A DNA stretch of 59,882 nt from a virus (taxonomy: Duplodnaviria > Caudoviricetes), in the IMG/VR virus record IMGVR_UViG_3300020008_000002, positions 1 to 59,882 of that record; one strand, given 5' to 3'. Positions within the stretch are counted from its first letter, which is position 1. Each line of letters starts with the position of its first letter. The notes beneath the pieces were generated by a model. It saw only the letters and a program-made list of their open reading frames with translations. It did not search any database and was not told the DNA's origin. Position numbers and translations under genes: made by a program. Positions 19,271 through 28,468 of the stretch are shown here, one piece after another.

Positions 19271-19615
19271 TTAGCCATAGCATATTAATCCGCGTACCGC
19301 ATATGGATGTCCGTCTTTGCGGATACAAGACGGACCGGTGTCAGGAGCTAGTACGTCAACTCTACTATCGCCGGTCACTTGCGCAACTGGCATTGAGACA
19401 ACGTAGATGTTCCCATATTCAGGAGCTGGAAGTCCGTCTATCGTTGACTCAATTATCGCTCGTCTGACCGGAATTCCTCCTGCCGTAGGAAAATTGCTCT
19501 TACCGTCATGATACTTAACTCTGGCAATACCTTCACTTTGAAGTTCGTGAGTGATATTACCTTCACTATCTGCGAATCTAATGATGTGCGGCGTAAGGTT
19601 TATGAACTTTGTCAT
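19271..19615 (-). CDS. Conserved-type phage hypothetical protein
   Basis: INLTPH...GLPAP....YVVS...R.DV.APDTG motif; AAGGAG RBS. Confidence 0.7.
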   Translation of the reverse strand: MTKFINLTPHIIRFADSEGNITHELQSEGIARVKYHDGKSNFPTAGGIPVRRAIIESTIDGLPAPEYGNIYVVSMPVAQVTGDSRVDVLAPDTGPSCIRKDGHPYAVRGLICYG

Positions 19616-19644
19616 GTTGCGTCTCCTTTTTAATTCCTACTCGC

Positions 19645-19673
19645 AGTATACGACATCGTTGACTCCTTGTCAA
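19645..19673 (-). promoter_or_regulatory. Conserved phage promoter, copy 1
   Basis: TTGACA-aggagtcaacgatgtcg-TATACT. Confidence 0.8.
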
Positions 19674-19752
19674 GGTATTGGACTACCAATTTTTTTTGGA
19701 AAAATAAAACTCGTTAAGTACGATATCTCAACGAGTTTTCAAGGAGGATAGA

Positions 19753-20835
19753 TTATTGATCAGCCCTGATTTTCTTTATAATTGAGTGTACACTTGAGAC
19801 CGGAATGCTTAGCTCACCTGCAATTGACCGGACTGTTCTGTTTGGCCCATCGGCTATGGCTGACCGAACAGCGATCTCTCGTTCAGACTGAATGGGGATA
19901 TTGAGAATGATCTTCCTGTCTGTCTTTTCCCGAACAGTCTGAACAAGACTGTTTAGGTCAACGTTGGACAAATCAACTGAACAAGACAGCTGTTCAGTGT
20001 TCGGATGTTCAGCTTGTTCAGTGTTCGGATGTTCAGCTTGTTCAGTGTTCGGATGTTCGGGCTGAACAAGGTCTGAACAAGGGCTGAACAAGACATCTGA
20101 ACAGGCTGAACAAGATTGCTGAACAGGCTGAACAAGGTCTGAACAAGGGCTGAACAAGACATCTGAACAGGCTGAACAAGATTGCTGAACAGGCTGAACA
20201 AGGTCTGAACAAGGTCTGAACAAGACAGCTGAACAGTCTGAACAAGATTGCTGAACAGGCTCGATTTCCTGAACACTTGTCTTGTTCAGACTGGACAACT
20301 GAACAAGACAAGTGGACAACTGGCTGATCAGTTCAGCTGTCGGATCTTGTTTTTGATCAGCTTCGTCCTGTTCGGCTCTTGGCAACGTTGCAACAAGGGC
20401 GAAAACTATAACAACTATCACAGATCGTGCCATAGAGAATGCGGGCACTGATAATCCTAAACTGCTCATCGCTTGATTCACGGTTTCGTTATTAATACCA
20501 TGTACGGTTATCGTGGTTGATACAATACATGCAACAAAACCAAGAAGCAACGCAACAGATGCGAGCCACACCTTCTTGTATGGCTCGTCTTTATACCTGC
20601 AATCGCGGAACCGGGCAAGAACACCGAAGAATAGACCGTCAACCGCACACGCTTGGACACTTGCCCAACCGATGTCGAACCAGCCGGTATTCGGAAGATC
20701 GAACTGACTAGTCAAAAACGCAATCGTTGCGGCTATAAAGCCAATCAGGAGAAAGAACAAAGAAAGCCGTTGAATTGCGGCTTCAAAGAATTCAATGGCA
20801 TAATCCATGCCTTTAATGATAGGATTATTGTTCAT
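19753..20835 (-). CDS. Multi-TM membrane protein with low-complexity repeat linker and C-terminal HTH (Spd/DUF2637-like architecture)
   Basis: About four N-terminal TM segments; repeat linker; RTVRSIAGELSIPVSSVHSIIKKI HTH. Confidence 0.7.
   Translation of the reverse strand: MNNNPIIKGMDYAIEFFEAAIQRLSLFFLLIGFIAATIAFLTSQFDLPNTGWFDIGWASVQACAVDGLFFGVLARFRDCRYKDEPYKKVWLASVALLLGFVACIVSTTITVHGINNETVNQAMSSLGLSVPAFSMARSVIVVIVFALVATLPRAEQDEADQKQDPTAELISQLSTCLVQLSSLNKTSVQEIEPVQQSCSDCSAVLFRPCSDLVQPVQQSCSACSDVLFSPCSDLVQPVQQSCSACSDVLFSPCSDLVQPEHPNTEQAEHPNTEQAEHPNTEQLSCSVDLSNVDLNSLVQTVREKTDRKIILNIPIQSEREIAVRSAIADGPNRTVRSIAGELSIPVSSVHSIIKKIRADQ
19991..20257. repeat. Bipolar array of CTGAACA/TGTTC motifs
   Basis: 24-bp unit x3 (19991-20060, TGTTC orientation), then 18 CTGAACA copies (20062-20257) in a 66-bp unit x3. 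Confidence 0.92.
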
Positions 20836-20854
20836 GGTGAATGTTCTCCCTATA

Positions 20855-22270
20855 CTATTCTAATGATGAAGATTCTTGCTCTTTATCATGTTTGTCGCAA
20901 TGGCGCTTGATATCAGCGTACTGATGACCATTTAGGTTCAGTTCTTTCTGTATCTCCTTGCGCCCCATACCTGTTGAGTATAGCTCGATAATTTGAGTTC
21001 CCAAGTCCCCGAGCCCAAAATCGTCTTTCTGCCGATGGAATCCGAGATTTGGGACGCCGGAACTTAAATTCTCTCGCTGAAAAGCCTGCAAATTTGCAAG
21101 ATTTGGCGAGTGTGCCCCGTGCGGACTATTTCGCACGCGTATCTTGACGCGCTTCTTTGATACAGATGGGCTAAAAAAGAAACATTCTCCTTTCCCTAAG
21201 CTTAATGTCTCTTCTTTAGAGATTCCACTCTTACGATATCTTTCTATATCATTAAGCTCCGTCTGCCTATGATAGATTTTAACGTCACTTTGTAAGGCCC
21301 TCTTGTCTATATCTCCTATCTTCTGGCAAACTGTAGTTAGCCCAAGGCCTCTCTTTCTGCCTTTGCGGACGAGATCGTTAAAGAATGCACTCTGCAATTG
21401 GTTAATCACGTCAGATCCGTAAAGTTCACTCTCGCTGACGTTTTGCGGGAGCCAAGTTGTCGCCTCTTCCAGGATCAATTCGCAAGGGATCCGAATGCCA
21501 TTATCGCGGGATTCTTGCCATAAGCGGAATCCATTGATCATCGCAACAAGGATATTTGCAGCTTCCTCGAACTCAAAACTCTGTAGATTTAGGATACACT
21601 GTTTTCCCGCCTCCAAGATATGAGACGCGAGAGTCTCAGATCCTTCAACATTTAACTCGCTACTCCCTATCCGCATTGGATTCGGGAAGAATCCCACCAG
21701 GGACTCATACTCATTCTCGGTGTCAGCCAGCAACAATGGCACTTTATAGCGGCCAAGCTCTTCGCAGAGCACGGCTACTGAATTGCTCTTGCCAGCACCT
21801 GAAACTCCACATATCAGTTTACGCGCCGATAGGATTTCGTTTATATCGACGACGATGCTATCACTCAGACGGATACCATCAGCAAACGATGGCTCGGCGG
21901 CGATTTGAAGAGGCTGAATCACCTCTTCTCTCACCTCTTCTATCTGCATTTTTGGCATGTATCTAATATCGAGCGTATGTTGCTTACGCAATGCACCTAC
22001 ATGATTAGATGGCCATGAGATGAATTGGCTGCTTAATTCATCTAAGCGTATAGCTTGGCTTCTAGCATTTAATTCTTGCCAAGGAGCAACACTTCCTGCT
22101 ATCTGAATAGACAGATAGCGACCGGTATACGCCAACGCACAGAGTCCAATAGTTCCGGCAGCTACATATGACATAATCGAGATGATAGGGAGCAATACGT
22201 AAAATACATACAATGAGAACGCAACTAGAACAATAGTGGATGCAACGGTTAGGGGAGTTTTGGCGTCCAT
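20855..22270 (-). CDS. Membrane-anchored HerA/FtsK/VirB4-like (DUF87-type) ATPase with C-terminal HTH
   Basis: N-terminal TMs; Walker A GVSGAGKS; Walker B LILEEA; RKGRKRGLG..VCQ; C-terminal GMGRKEIQKELNL. Confidence 0.8.
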   Translation of the reverse strand: MDAKTPLTVASTIVLVAFSLYVFYVLLPIISIMSYVAAGTIGLCALAYTGRYLSIQIAGSVAPWQELNARSQAIRLDELSSQFISWPSNHVGALRKQHTLDIRYMPKMQIEEVREEVIQPLQIAAEPSFADGIRLSDSIVVDINEILSARKLICGVSGAGKSNSVAVLCEELGRYKVPLLLADTENEYESLVGFFPNPMRIGSSELNVEGSETLASHILEAGKQCILNLQSFEFEEAANILVAMINGFRLWQESRDNGIRIPCELILEEATTWLPQNVSESELYGSDVINQLQSAFFNDLVRKGRKRGLGLTTVCQKIGDIDKRALQSDVKIYHRQTELNDIERYRKSGISKEETLSLGKGECFFFSPSVSKKRVKIRVRNSPHGAHSPNLANLQAFQRENLSSGVPNLGFHRQKDDFGLGDLGTQIIELYSTGMGRKEIQKELNLNGHQYADIKRHCDKHDKEQESSSLE

Positions 22271-22320
22271 TTGTGCTCCTTAATCGCCTCTGCTCCTCAA
22301 TGCTGGCAGAGGATTCGATG

Positions 22321-22614
22321 CTACAGATAAAATCTTGAATCTCCGAACTTGTCAATAACGAACTGAGTCTTTATCGCCCTAGCGCGAGCAGAACACTTAT
22401 CACACATGCTCCCTGATTTTGGGATGGAAATGCCGCATCTGCACACTGAGCGTCCTCTTTCATACATGGATTGAAGCTCTGCCTCTGAGGCTGCATAAAT
22501 CGAGTCTCCGAAAGAGTCAATCTGCTCCTGCCTCTTTGCAGCGCTGACAAGGCTAGACTCAAGATTGCTTTCATATCGAGACTTGTCGTTGGGGGACTTG
22601 GTAAAAAATCCCAT
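22321..22614 (-). CDS. Small zinc-finger protein
   Basis: CRCG...CDKC; GGAGG RBS. Confidence 0.55.
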   Translation of the reverse strand: MGFFTKSPNDKSRYESNLESSLVSAAKRQEQIDSFGDSIYAASEAELQSMYERGRSVCRCGISIPKSGSMCDKCSARARAIKTQFVIDKFGDSRFYL

Positions 22615-22700
22615 TATCTTCCTCCTCCTCCTCCTAGTTTACAGAATACGACTATACACATCAATACAAGTAGCAGCGTCAGTGTGTGAAGGTCAATCAT
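22614..22700 (-). CDS. 28-aa hydrophobic micro-protein (not in ORF track)
   Basis: MIDLHTLTLLLVLMCIVVFCKLGGGGGR; stop overlaps the next ATG. Confidence 0.45.
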   Translation of the reverse strand: MIDLHTLTLLLVLMCIVVFCKLGGGGGR

Positions 22701-22980
22701 GATGGTTATCTCTTTCTAGCTCATCGTGCGATAGCACTCAGTGCACAACGGAACGGGACGATATACGTCGTGATGAGAATGGATTAAACGGTATCTTGCT
22801 GTTGGGATTCGACAATTAGAACGTTTTCATCTCTATTGCCTCATTTGATTCCTTGCAGGGTGACGATATTTTCTCCTTGAACTCAATAGGAGATGTAAAG
22901 GAGTCTTGTTTTACATCCGTCACCTTCTTCTTTTTGCTGAAAAACATATGAATATCCTTTCTTTTAAAAACTCTACTTTC

Positions 22981-23009
22981 ATTATATCAAACTCTTGGTC
23001 CGATGTCAA
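22981..23009 (-). promoter_or_regulatory. Consensus sigma70 promoter for the ATPase/membrane-protein operon
   Basis: TTGACA-17-TATAAT on the minus strand. Confidence 0.75.
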
Positions 23010-23070
23010 GAGTTTGATGCCACAATCTTGGCAATATTTAGCAAATGGCAAAATTGGCCTTCCCAAAGCC

Positions 23071-23099
23071 TTGACTTTGCGGAAAGCTAATGCTATAAT
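23071..23099 (+). promoter_or_regulatory. Divergent sigma70 promoter for the HTH regulator
   Basis: TTGACT-17-TATAAT. Confidence 0.7.
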
Positions 23100-23145
23100 A
23101 GATAGTAATTGATCAACTGATTACCGATCTTTGAGGAGAGTCACC

Positions 23146-23967
23146 GTGAAAACCAAGAGAATCGCCCCTTTGGGATGCTATTCAGCGTCTCAAGCAGCAA
23201 CCAGATTAGGAATCCATATAGATACATTCTATAGGCAGATTAGAGAAAATAAGATTAATCTGTCAAAGATAGACAGCAAGAGAGAGAGCTTCTTTCTCAA
23301 GAAGGACGTTGACTCTATAGCTCGATATAAGGAGCTTGGCATCATTGCGGAGCTTCCTTGGGGGCCTGTCTTTAAAAGAGCTGACTGTGTCGAAGAATTG
23401 CAAGGCATCGTTGATTTATGCGTGCCGATTTATGGAGCTAGGGGCACTCCGACATTAGAGCATCGTGCTGGCCTCTGGAAGCGAAATCCTGATATCTACT
23501 ATGTGGCTATCCAGTCAGGAATCGTCGTTGGATACATCAGTCTCACATGGTTGCGAGAAGACCTGCGAAAAGCATTTATGCAGCCTTCTCGCGAGTCGAG
23601 ATCCGAAATCCTGTCCACCCTTAACAGCCCTGATACTATTCATCGATTTGTTCCTGGTCTCCAGATAGATCATCTATTCGTTTCAACATCAGTGCATCAT
23701 GGGCTCCCCTTGTTCGAGAAGCGGGATTGCGGCCGGATCCTGATCCGACACACCTTGGATGTGTTGATCTCCCTGGCTAAGCGCGACATGCCGGTCAGGA
23801 CCTTGATAGCCTGCTCGTCGCGAGGCGACGGTATCAGAGCAGCGAGAAAGCTTGGGATGCGAGAGATATCGTATGATGGGGATCCGGAACTTCGATTTGA
23901 GCTAGACATCGCATCTAGCAATAATAAATTCCTTCGTCCCTATCAAGACGCATTGAGAGTTAAATGA
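23146..23967 (+). CDS. Excisionase/MerR-like HTH fused to a GNAT-like domain (putative regulator)
   Basis: YSASQAATRLGIHIDTFYRQI HTH; IVVGYIS...GIRAARKLGM GNAT-like motifs; GAGGAG RBS before GTG. Confidence 0.65.
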   Translation: MKTKRIAPLGCYSASQAATRLGIHIDTFYRQIRENKINLSKIDSKRESFFLKKDVDSIARYKELGIIAELPWGPVFKRADCVEELQGIVDLCVPIYGARGTPTLEHRAGLWKRNPDIYYVAIQSGIVVGYISLTWLREDLRKAFMQPSRESRSEILSTLNSPDTIHRFVPGLQIDHLFVSTSVHHGLPLFEKRDCGRILIRHTLDVLISLAKRDMPVRTLIACSSRGDGIRAARKLGMREISYDGDPELRFELDIASSNNKFLRPYQDALRVK

Positions 23968-24356
23968 AAGAGATATTCAGAGCTACACTTCCAGTAGCCC
24001 CAACAACAAATCAGTCTTATAGGACGGGCAATGGCCGTTTCTATTGCTCATCCGAGGCAATAGCATTCAAGGATGAATGCTCCTATATCCTCGCCGACGC
24101 AGAGGTTGATCTTGACGCAATCGCTAAGTTAAAGGCCCAAAAGACAGGGCCCAAAACTTTGCTTCTCTGCGTAGAGTTCATATGGTACTTAAAGAGTATC
24201 ATTACTAGCGACGTAGACGGTAGGATAAAGGCGACTATGGATGTTATCTTTAATTATTATGGATTAAATGACAATGTAGTAAAGCGGCTAGTCGCGGAGA
24301 AAGAACTCGACAAAGACAATGTTCGATGCGTCGCTATTGTCAGCATCATGGAATAA
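23964..24356 (+). CDS. rusA: RusA-family Holliday junction resolvase
   Basis: LPVAPTTN..YR; SDVDGRIKATMD; LNDNVV. Confidence 0.75.
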   Translation: MKEIFRATLPVAPTTNQSYRTGNGRFYCSSEAIAFKDECSYILADAEVDLDAIAKLKAQKTGPKTLLLCVEFIWYLKSIITSDVDGRIKATMDVIFNYYGLNDNVVKRLVAEKELDKDNVRCVAIVSIME

Positions 24357-24362
24357 ATAAGC

Positions 24363-24406
24363 ATAAATAGAGAGTACTACCATTAAAAGTAGTACTCTCT
24401 ATTTAT
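24363..24406. terminator. Bidirectional terminator
   Basis: ataaatagagagtactac / gtagtactctctatttat. Confidence 0.7.
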
Positions 24407-24450
24407 TTCCCTAGAAGCACTGAGGAGCTTTTAACAAGTGCTCAGTATCT

Positions 24451-24714
24451 TCATACGCTGCTTTTTTCGGATGCAAGAAAAGCAGCGTATTCCTCCTTGC
24501 TCTTCGCGAGCGGATCAATCACTCTTGAAAACTCTTCAACCTCCTCACACTCAACGCCTAGTGCTTCACAAATTGATTGAAGAGTTTTCAAATGCATGCT
24601 GCCGCCGTGCTCAGCTCTGTAGATTGTATCAGTAGAAATCGGCGGCCTGCAAGCCGCCGCCAGCATGATCTGGGACATATTACGATCAAGGCGTAATTGT
24701 TTAATGCTAATCAT
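24451..24714 (-). CDS. XRE/Cro-like HTH regulator
   Basis: IKQLRLDRNMSQIMLAA...ISTDTIYRAEHG...ICEALGV. Confidence 0.85.
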   Translation of the reverse strand: MISIKQLRLDRNMSQIMLAAACRPPISTDTIYRAEHGGSMHLKTLQSICEALGVECEEVEEFSRVIDPLAKSKEEYAAFLASEKSSV

Positions 24715-25054
24715 TGATGTTTTCCTTTCTCCCGACGAGATGCCCTCTCTGCGCGTCGAGGCAGACTTTTGTCAGCTCCCATCCATCTGTGAGTTCTCTC
24801 TCTAGGAGAAATTGCTCGCAATCAGACAGGATCCAAAAACCTAATATGTCGCCTGTCCAGTACCCTTCATCGTCCATCACCACCACTCCATAGCGAAGCC
24901 CTCCACCTGCCTTTTGTCTCGCATCCATCCCTTTGCCTAAAACTACATCCATCTCCCCTGGATTTACCTCTCGCCACATCTTTACCTTGCTTCCTCCTAG
25001 CACTACTTCTATTGTTCTCCCTTGAGCTATGAATGTCGCTTGATTAAGTTTCAT
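24707..25054 (-). CDS. Hypothetical protein (paralog B)
   Basis: MKLNQATFIAQGR...DCEQFL...LTDGWELT. Confidence 0.6.
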   Translation of the reverse strand: MKLNQATFIAQGRTIEVVLGGSKVKMWREVNPGEMDVVLGKGMDARQKAGGGLRYGVVVMDDEGYWTGDILGFWILSDCEQFLLERELTDGWELTKVCLDAQRGHLVGRKENIND

Positions 25055-25348
25055 TGAAACCCTCCTTCATTGTAGTTAAGACTGTCAACTCCCATCCATC
25101 TGTGAGCCCGCTCCCTATAAGGAATTGCTCGCAGTCAGGAAGGAGCCCGAAAACCGCCACGTCGCTTAGCCAGCCACCTTCAGCATCCATCGCTGCCACT
25201 ATATATCGGAGATCGCCGGACATCTCTTGCCCAAAGCTCTCTCTATATCCCCGGGGTTTACCTCGCGCCACATCTTTATCTTCCCTCCTCCGAATGGGGC
25301 TTCTATCATCCTGCCTTGAGCGATGAATGTCGCGTGTCTGAGCTTCAT
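25044..25348 (-). pseudogene. Frameshifted tandem paralog A of 24707-25054
   Basis: N-half MKLRHATFIAQGR...LGK in one frame; C-half ..EMSGDLRYIV...LTDGWELT in the -1 frame. Confidence 0.65.
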
Positions 25349-25830
25349 GAGCGTACTCCTTCTCTCAGTCTGACAATATCAGAGCACATCAGCTTAAGTT
25401 CATGCATAAAGTTCTTGTTCCCCTTTCTTATTCTCACTATTGCCTCGCACATCAGCTTGAGTTCATGATCATAATCTTTCATGCCGCCGTTCGCCCGATA
25501 TTTGTATTTAGCCAACGCGGCGGCCTCTATTTCTTCAATAGAGTACTCGTAGTGCGGGATAATAGCACTCAAAAAAAGATCTATCTTTTCGTAAGTTGGC
25601 AATTCGGATATCATCCCTCTTTGCCGGTCTATGCATACCGAGTAGTAGAGCACGTCTACTAACTCTGTTATCGGGGCCTCCGTATTGCTGAGTTCCACTA
25701 GCTCGGCGGCTAGTTTGTCCTCGAGAATGGGGATCTCTTGGATCTGATAGCTCCCTCTCATAATGCGGCCTATACTTCTCGCATAGGATACAATAGCTTC
25801 TATGAAATCGCTGGATAATTCGTTGTTCAT
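25345..25830 (-). CDS. Hypothetical protein with duplicated C-terminal HELKLMC motif
   Basis: GGAGG RBS; HELKLMCEAIVRIRKG / HELKLMCSDIVRLREG. Confidence 0.6.
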   Translation of the reverse strand: MNNELSSDFIEAIVSYARSIGRIMRGSYQIQEIPILEDKLAAELVELSNTEAPITELVDVLYYSVCIDRQRGMISELPTYEKIDLFLSAIIPHYEYSIEEIEAAALAKYKYRANGGMKDYDHELKLMCEAIVRIRKGNKNFMHELKLMCSDIVRLREGVRS

Positions 25831-25844
25831 CGGTGCCTCCTATG

Positions 25845-26555
25845 CTATGCTCGACCTGAAATCAGGTCTTTCATCGATGTTTTAGGATTAAGGCGAGTTG
25901 ATTCGCGCTGATGAAAGCCATACGGCTCTGGCTTCGAGAAAGGATTCTCAGATATCCATTGCTTTGCTTGCTCATTAGAGAATTGCGTCAGACCGGTTGG
26001 CATAGGCAAGTGATTTTTCTTACAAGTTCTTTCAATTACTTGCAGCTGAGCCTGCGAAACAGGAGCCTCTCTAACTTCTACTGGAGCTGAGGTAATCGTT
26101 GGTGCTGGCATTGCCAAGCCCTCTACCGGAGCTTGTGCAGCAACGGTCTCAGATAGATGAGTTTGAGCCCGTATAGGACTTGGCTGCGCCATGATTACTC
26201 TCTGCTCATATTGGGCTTGATTCGGCTGGCTTCGCACAATCTCATCGGCAGTCGCTATCGACTCGAAGGAACCGAACCCTGCAAACCCAAGGGCTCTGCC
26301 TAATGCGCTCGTTTCCGCGCACTCTATTGGGGTTGATCCGTCTGGCGTGTCTTTTGCTGCATTAATCTTTATCTCAGCTGTGCCGATGTACTGCTGACTC
26401 CCGTCAGTCCCGCACAAGATCGTTACCTTGCAAAACCAACGATCTGCCATCTGGAACTGCTCCACAGCAGTCATACTAAACCCCCCGGCTGCTTGTGCGA
26501 GCGATACTCGCTCTGCGACTGTGACATCCTCTTTTTCGCGAATTTTGATACCCAT
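25845..26555 (-). CDS. Single-strand annealing/recombination protein (Rad52/Sak-like)
   Basis: VTVAERV...PIECAETSALGRALGFAGFG...IATADE. Confidence 0.65.
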   Translation of the reverse strand: MGIKIREKEDVTVAERVSLAQAAGGFSMTAVEQFQMADRWFCKVTILCGTDGSQQYIGTAEIKINAAKDTPDGSTPIECAETSALGRALGFAGFGSFESIATADEIVRSQPNQAQYEQRVIMAQPSPIRAQTHLSETVAAQAPVEGLAMPAPTITSAPVEVREAPVSQAQLQVIERTCKKNHLPMPTGLTQFSNEQAKQWISENPFSKPEPYGFHQRESTRLNPKTSMKDLISGRA

Positions 26556-26603
26556 GACGTTTGTCTCCTTTGGATGATGGTTGTTTTTTATTTTTCTATC
26601 CGT

Positions 26604-26632
26604 AGTATACGACATCGTTGACTACTTGTCAA
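26604..26632 (-). promoter_or_regulatory. Conserved phage promoter, copy 2
   Basis: TTGACA-agtagtcaacgatgtcg-TATACT. Confidence 0.8.
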
Positions 26633-26787
26633 GGCTTTACGGGACCAATTTCTTAGTCCCGTAAAGCCCGTTAGCTTTGGGATGGGGTTGTTTTAAGCAT
26701 TGTTTGCAAACGATTGCTTGTAGAAAAGAAGAAAGATCAGAGCAATCCGCGATGTGAGGCACGACTTGCTCTGATCCTTTAATTGAC

Positions 26788-27108
26788 CTATTCCTCCCAA
26801 AACGAATCTAATTCCAAAGGATTGTAAGGATCTTCCCCAACGTAGTCTGAAGATTGCGCAAAGTCTTCAGGCTTAAGATGATACCGCTTAAGCCTACTTT
26901 CAGGGATAATAGTGATATTGCGCAATTCTGTCTGAGTCAACCCTTCTGGACCTCCCGCACAGATTTTTGTGCGGGCAATATCGTCAGCTTTGTCACGAGA
27001 CGCGACTGGTCCCGCGATGGCATACCACAGTGGGCTATCTACGCACGTGTAGCTGTTTCTCTGAATTTTTTCGCACGTATGGTACGAGACTGCGTAGTAG
27101 TTGGTCAT
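26788..27108 (-). CDS. Hypothetical protein
   Basis: AGGAG RBS. Confidence 0.6.
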   Translation of the reverse strand: MTNYYAVSYHTCEKIQRNSYTCVDSPLWYAIAGPVASRDKADDIARTKICAGGPEGLTQTELRNITIIPESRLKRYHLKPEDFAQSSDYVGEDPYNPLELDSFWEE

Positions 27109-27110
27109 GA

Positions 27111-27620
27111 TTATTCTCCTTTTGTTTCTCGCATTACTTTTGCAAACAATGCGAATTTACGATTCTCCTCTTTCATGACTCGCGCATGCTGCGTGATCCA
27201 TTTGAGGTAGGACGCAGGGACAGAGCCAAGCGTCTGTCCCGCATATTTACCAAATGTTAGTGTCTTTGAAGCGAAGTTACAGCTTGACGAGGATCCGTCA
27301 TCCTCCGCTTGCGACTCCGCTTCTTTCGCAGTGGCCGATGGCACTGTAGCATTGTCGCCAGGTGACAATGCTACAAAATTTGCGTTCATTGTGAGGAAAT
27401 GGCTCGAATAATCATACTTATAAAGCAGCTCCTCTATTTCGCAAGGATCCTTCGATGCAAGAGAGTCGCACAACTTACCGGATACAATCTCTCTAATAGA
27501 GCAGTTAAAAAGTTCACGCATCTTACTTACAAGAGTAAGATACTTATAATTGCGCGCTACAGTGCTGAGAGGCTGCTCTACTGCTTGATATAAGGGAATG
27601 ATCTCTCTGAATCGCTCCAA
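27111..27620 (-). CDS. Protein with C-terminal FGKY..YLKW (DUF3820-like) domain
   Basis: LTFGKYAGQTLGSVPASYLKWI; start codon uncertain. Confidence 0.55.
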   Translation of the reverse strand: MERFREIIPLYQAVEQPLSTVARNYKYLTLVSKMRELFNCSIREIVSGKLCDSLASKDPCEIEELLYKYDYSSHFLTMNANFVALSPGDNATVPSATAKEAESQAEDDGSSSSCNFASKTLTFGKYAGQTLGSVPASYLKWITQHARVMKEENRKFALFAKVMRETKGE

Positions 27621-27692
27621 CCGAGAAAAAAGAAATCTTTCCCTTTTTCTCTTAAGCTACCTAGTATCTCCCAATACTTCTCTTGCTCGTCT

Positions 27693-28280
27693 TTAAGGAT
27701 TTTTTTCCTCTGCAACCCAATTCTCTACTCTTTTTTCGCTAGGAGTTTTCTGCACCTCACTATCCCAATCCTTACGGGAATGAATCTCATAAAATCCATG
27801 CCCGCATCGCCCGGTCTCGTGAATCGCTGCATTTTTGCGGCACTTAATCTTAACCCGATATTCTACTGTGAAGGCATGGCTAGCATCACCCGATACAAAA
27901 CCACCAGTATGCTCGATTACCTCGAAAGAGGAATTGATCGAATATAGATTACCATTCCACATATTAACTAGCTCACATCCATCTATCTCGACGTTATGAG
28001 GATCAGATCTTTTAGCAGTGTTATCCGCTTTAATTGTCATATCAACCAGCTCGTACTCTACTTGACTCTCCTCTCCGTCGATCGGGTAGAACCGACGGAC
28101 GATCTCGCGAAGTTTATCCTCCTGCTTCACTGGCACTTTCCATGTCTTGGAATCAGGATTCCACTTTCTCCCTGGAATCTCTTTTATTGCCTGTACAAGT
28201 TCTGCATTATAAGGGGCCGCTACTGAGCAGTAGTCAGCAACTACACTGATAATTGCTTTTGCTCCGACTAAAGTTAACAT
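27693..28280 (-). CDS. Protein with N-terminal HARP-like domain
   Basis: PYNAELVQAIKEIPGRKWNPDSKTWKVP. Confidence 0.6.
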   Translation of the reverse strand: MLTLVGAKAIISVVADYCSVAAPYNAELVQAIKEIPGRKWNPDSKTWKVPVKQEDKLREIVRRFYPIDGEESQVEYELVDMTIKADNTAKRSDPHNVEIDGCELVNMWNGNLYSINSSFEVIEHTGGFVSGDASHAFTVEYRVKIKCRKNAAIHETGRCGHGFYEIHSRKDWDSEVQKTPSEKRVENWVAEEKNP

Positions 28281-28468
28281 GGTTGCTCTCCTTTGGATGA
28301 TGTCTTAGTGCGTATCTGGGCGTTAGCCTCATTGCTCTCTGTCTCCAGTTGGGATTGAATCAATCTGAGAATTACAGCGTTAAAACTTTTTTCCGATTCC
28401 GCTAACTTTGAAAGCTGCGCATAGAGCTTTTTTGGAAAGCGGATTGTTTGAGTGTAAGAGATTGCCAT
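28274..28468 (-). CDS. Arc/ribbon-helix-helix regulator
   Basis: TIRFPKKLYAQLSKLAES.KSFNAVILRLI; own TTGACA-17-TACAAT promoter at 28505-28533. Confidence 0.7.
   Translation of the reverse strand: MAISYTQTIRFPKKLYAQLSKLAESEKSFNAVILRLIQSQLETESNEANAQIRTKTSSKGEQPC

Noticed and set aside
19991-20257. Repeat array as a CRISPR
   Set aside because: Units are 7-13 bp with no unique spacers.
19953-20311. Alternative-frame Cys/Gln-rich ORFs and possible metal-binding repeats
   Set aside because: By-products of the DNA repeat array, which is stop-free in several frames.
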